From the NCBI GenBank assembly GCA_036785375.1, contig JAWMAR010000755.1, positions 558,001-622,000 of the forward strand: a stretch of DNA of 64,000 bases, written 5' to 3'. The notes below the pieces were generated by a model. That model made no database searches and was not told the DNA's origin. It saw only the letters and a program-made list of their open reading frames with translations. Shown piece by piece: positions 61,878-64,000 of this stretch. The stretch is from Leucoraja ocellata. Taxonomy: Eukaryota. Position 1 is the first letter of the stretch. Each line of letters begins with the position of its first letter. The translations under genes and the position numbers were made by a program.

Positions 61878-64000
61878 GTTGGATGATCAGCCATGATCAT
61901 ATTAAATGGCGGTGCAGGCTCGAAGGGCCGAATGGCCTACTCCTGCACCTAATTTCTATGTTTCTATGTTTCTATAAAACAAAATGTCCCAGTTCACTCC
62001 TTTTAAATCATCTCGCATCTCATCAAAGTTAGCCTTTCTCCAATCAAAAATCTCAACCCTAGGTCCAGTTCTGACCCTCTCCATAATTATATTGAAACTA
62101 ATGGTATTGTGATCACTGGACCCGAAGTGCTCCCCAACGCATACCTCCGCCACCTGTCCCGTCTCATTTCCTAACAGGAGGTCCAGCACTGCCCCTCCTC
62201 TAGTAGGTACCTCTATGTATTGCTGAAAAAAACTATCCTGCACACATTTTACAAACTCCAAACCATCCACCCCATTTACAGAATGTGTTTCCCAGTCTAT
62301 GTGTGGAAAGTTGAAATCTCCCACAATCACTACCTTGTGCTTACTACTAATATCTGCAATCTCCTTACATATTTGCTCTTCCAATTCTCGTTCCCCATTT
62401 GGCAGTCTATAATACACCCCTATAAGTGTTGCTACACCTTTCCCACTTCTCAATTCCACCCAAATAGCCTCCCTAGACGAGCCCTCTAATCTATCCTGCC
62501 AAAGCACTGCTGTAATATCTTCCCTGATAAGCAATGCAACACCTCCACCTCTTGCCCCTCCAATTCTATCACACCTGAAGCAACGGAATCCTGGAATATT
62601 TAGTTTCCAATCACAGCCCTCCTGCAACCACGTTTCACTGATCGCCACAACATCATACTTCCAGGTGTCAATCTAAGCTCATCCACCTTTCTTACAATGC
62701 TCCTCGCATTAAAATATACACATTTAAGAAACCCCCCGCCTCTTACTCTCTGTTTATTTCCTTTTTTTTCTTTCTTCTCTTGTGTCCGAGTGCTTCCCAT
62801 TTCTGCTTCCTGCCTCCCATTCTGTCTACTAGCTTTCTCTATTTGAGTCCCTCACCCCAACCATTCTAGTTTAAAGTCTCCCCAGTAGCTTTTGCAAATT
62901 TCCCCGCCAGGATATTGGTCCCCCCTCGGGTTCAAGTGCAACCCATCCTTCCCCAAAAGAAGTCCCAATGATCCAGGAACTTGAATCCCTGCCCTCTGCA
63001 CCAGTCTTTCAGCCACGCATTTATCCTCCATCTCGCTCCATTCCTACTCTCACTGTCGCGTGGCACAGGCAGTAATCCTGAGATTGTTACCTTTTTGATC
63101 CTTTTCCTTAACTCTCCTCCCAACTCACTAAATCCTCCCTTCAGGACCTCTTCCCTTTTTTTACCTATGTCATTGGTACCTATATGTACCACTACCTCAG
63201 GCTCCTCTCCCTCTGATTTCAGGATATCTTGGATGCGTTGAGACACGTCCGAGACCTTGGCACCAGGGAGGCAGACCACCATCCTGGTCTCCCGACTGCG
63301 TCCACAGAATCGCCTATCCGACCCCCTAACAATAGAGTCCCCAATTACTATTGCCCTCTTCTTTTTTCCCCTACCTTTCGGGGCAACAGGGCCGGTCTCT
63401 GTGCTGGAGGCCCGTCCGCTGTCACTACCCCCGGGTAGGCTGTCACCCCCATCCGTACTCAAACAGGAGTACTTATTTGCGAGGTGGACCGACATTGGAG
63501 TACTCACTCGTCCCTGCCTCTGCCCCTTGCCCTTCCTTAGCGTGACCCACATGTCTCTCTCCCGTGGTTTTGGAGTGACCACCTCCCTATAACTCCCCTC
63601 TATGACCTCCTCACTCTCCCTGATCAGACAGACGTCATCGAGCTGCTGCTCCAGGATCCTAAAACAGTCCCTTAGGTGCCCCATCTCGCTGCACCTGGTG
63701 CAGATGTGGACGTCTGGAGGGCCAACCGACACCATGACCTCCCACATCTGACATCCAGAACAGTACACTGCTCTGACTGTCATTCTCCCGCCTTACCCTG
63801 GATCTGATACAAGTATATTACAATAGAAACTGCTGGGAGATATCAGCAGGTACCTGACGCACAACAGCTGCTCCCTCTTGACCTTTAAACTGCACCTTAA
63901 TTATATAAACAAAAAGCACTGTACCCTTAGCCCACTGTACCCTTGGCCCACTGTACCTTTAGCCCACTGCCCCTTTAGCCCACTGCCCCTTTAGCCCACT

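Larger units (their letters stand above)
57225..61975 (+). mobile_element. Full-length, apparently intact CR1 LINE
   Basis: 5' UTR with ~141-bp tandem duplication, ORF1, ORF2, (TTTCTATG)n tail. Confidence 0.95.
45841..64000 (+). repeat. Segmental duplicate of ~11230-24590 (3' half of the IgM cluster), running off the window end
   Basis: Collinear near-identical introns and exons, shared TE insertions and shared N positions. Confidence 0.95.
54205..64000 (-). mobile_element. CR1 homologous to 20787-24720, interrupted by two younger insertions
   Basis: ORFs 54284-56272, 61956-62648, 62932-63783. Confidence 0.9.

Overview
This is eukaryotic genomic DNA from a cartilaginous fish, probably a skate or ray (inferred from the cluster-type IgH organisation and the repeat families). 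Positions 4.6-20.3 kb hold one complete, unrearranged IgM heavy-chain cluster on the + strand: leader, VH, D1, D2, JH, Cmu1-Cmu4 with secretory tail, TM1 and TM2. Its RSS pattern is V(23)-(12)D1(22)-(12)D2(12)-(23)J. From 45.84 kb to the window end lies a near-identical but headless second copy (Cmu3-Cmu4-TM1-TM2 only). That copy has lost Cmu2 by a separate ~1.4-kb deletion, and its 5' breakpoint is fused directly to a 28S rRNA fragment containing the sarcin-ricin loop, preceded by a subrepeat array. The J-C intron contains an unannotated ~170-bp inverted repeat pair, each arm carrying octamer, CRE-like and TGGGAA motifs; this is a candidate palindromic enhancer. The rest is dense, nested mobile DNA: CR1 LINEs (one intact), Rex1/Babar-like LINEs, Penelope-like elements with hammerhead-like motifs, DIRS, HERO-like, L1-like, V-SINEs, a hAT MITE and an ~850-bp non-autonomous retroposon. 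All calls were made by eye, and TE boundaries are approximate.
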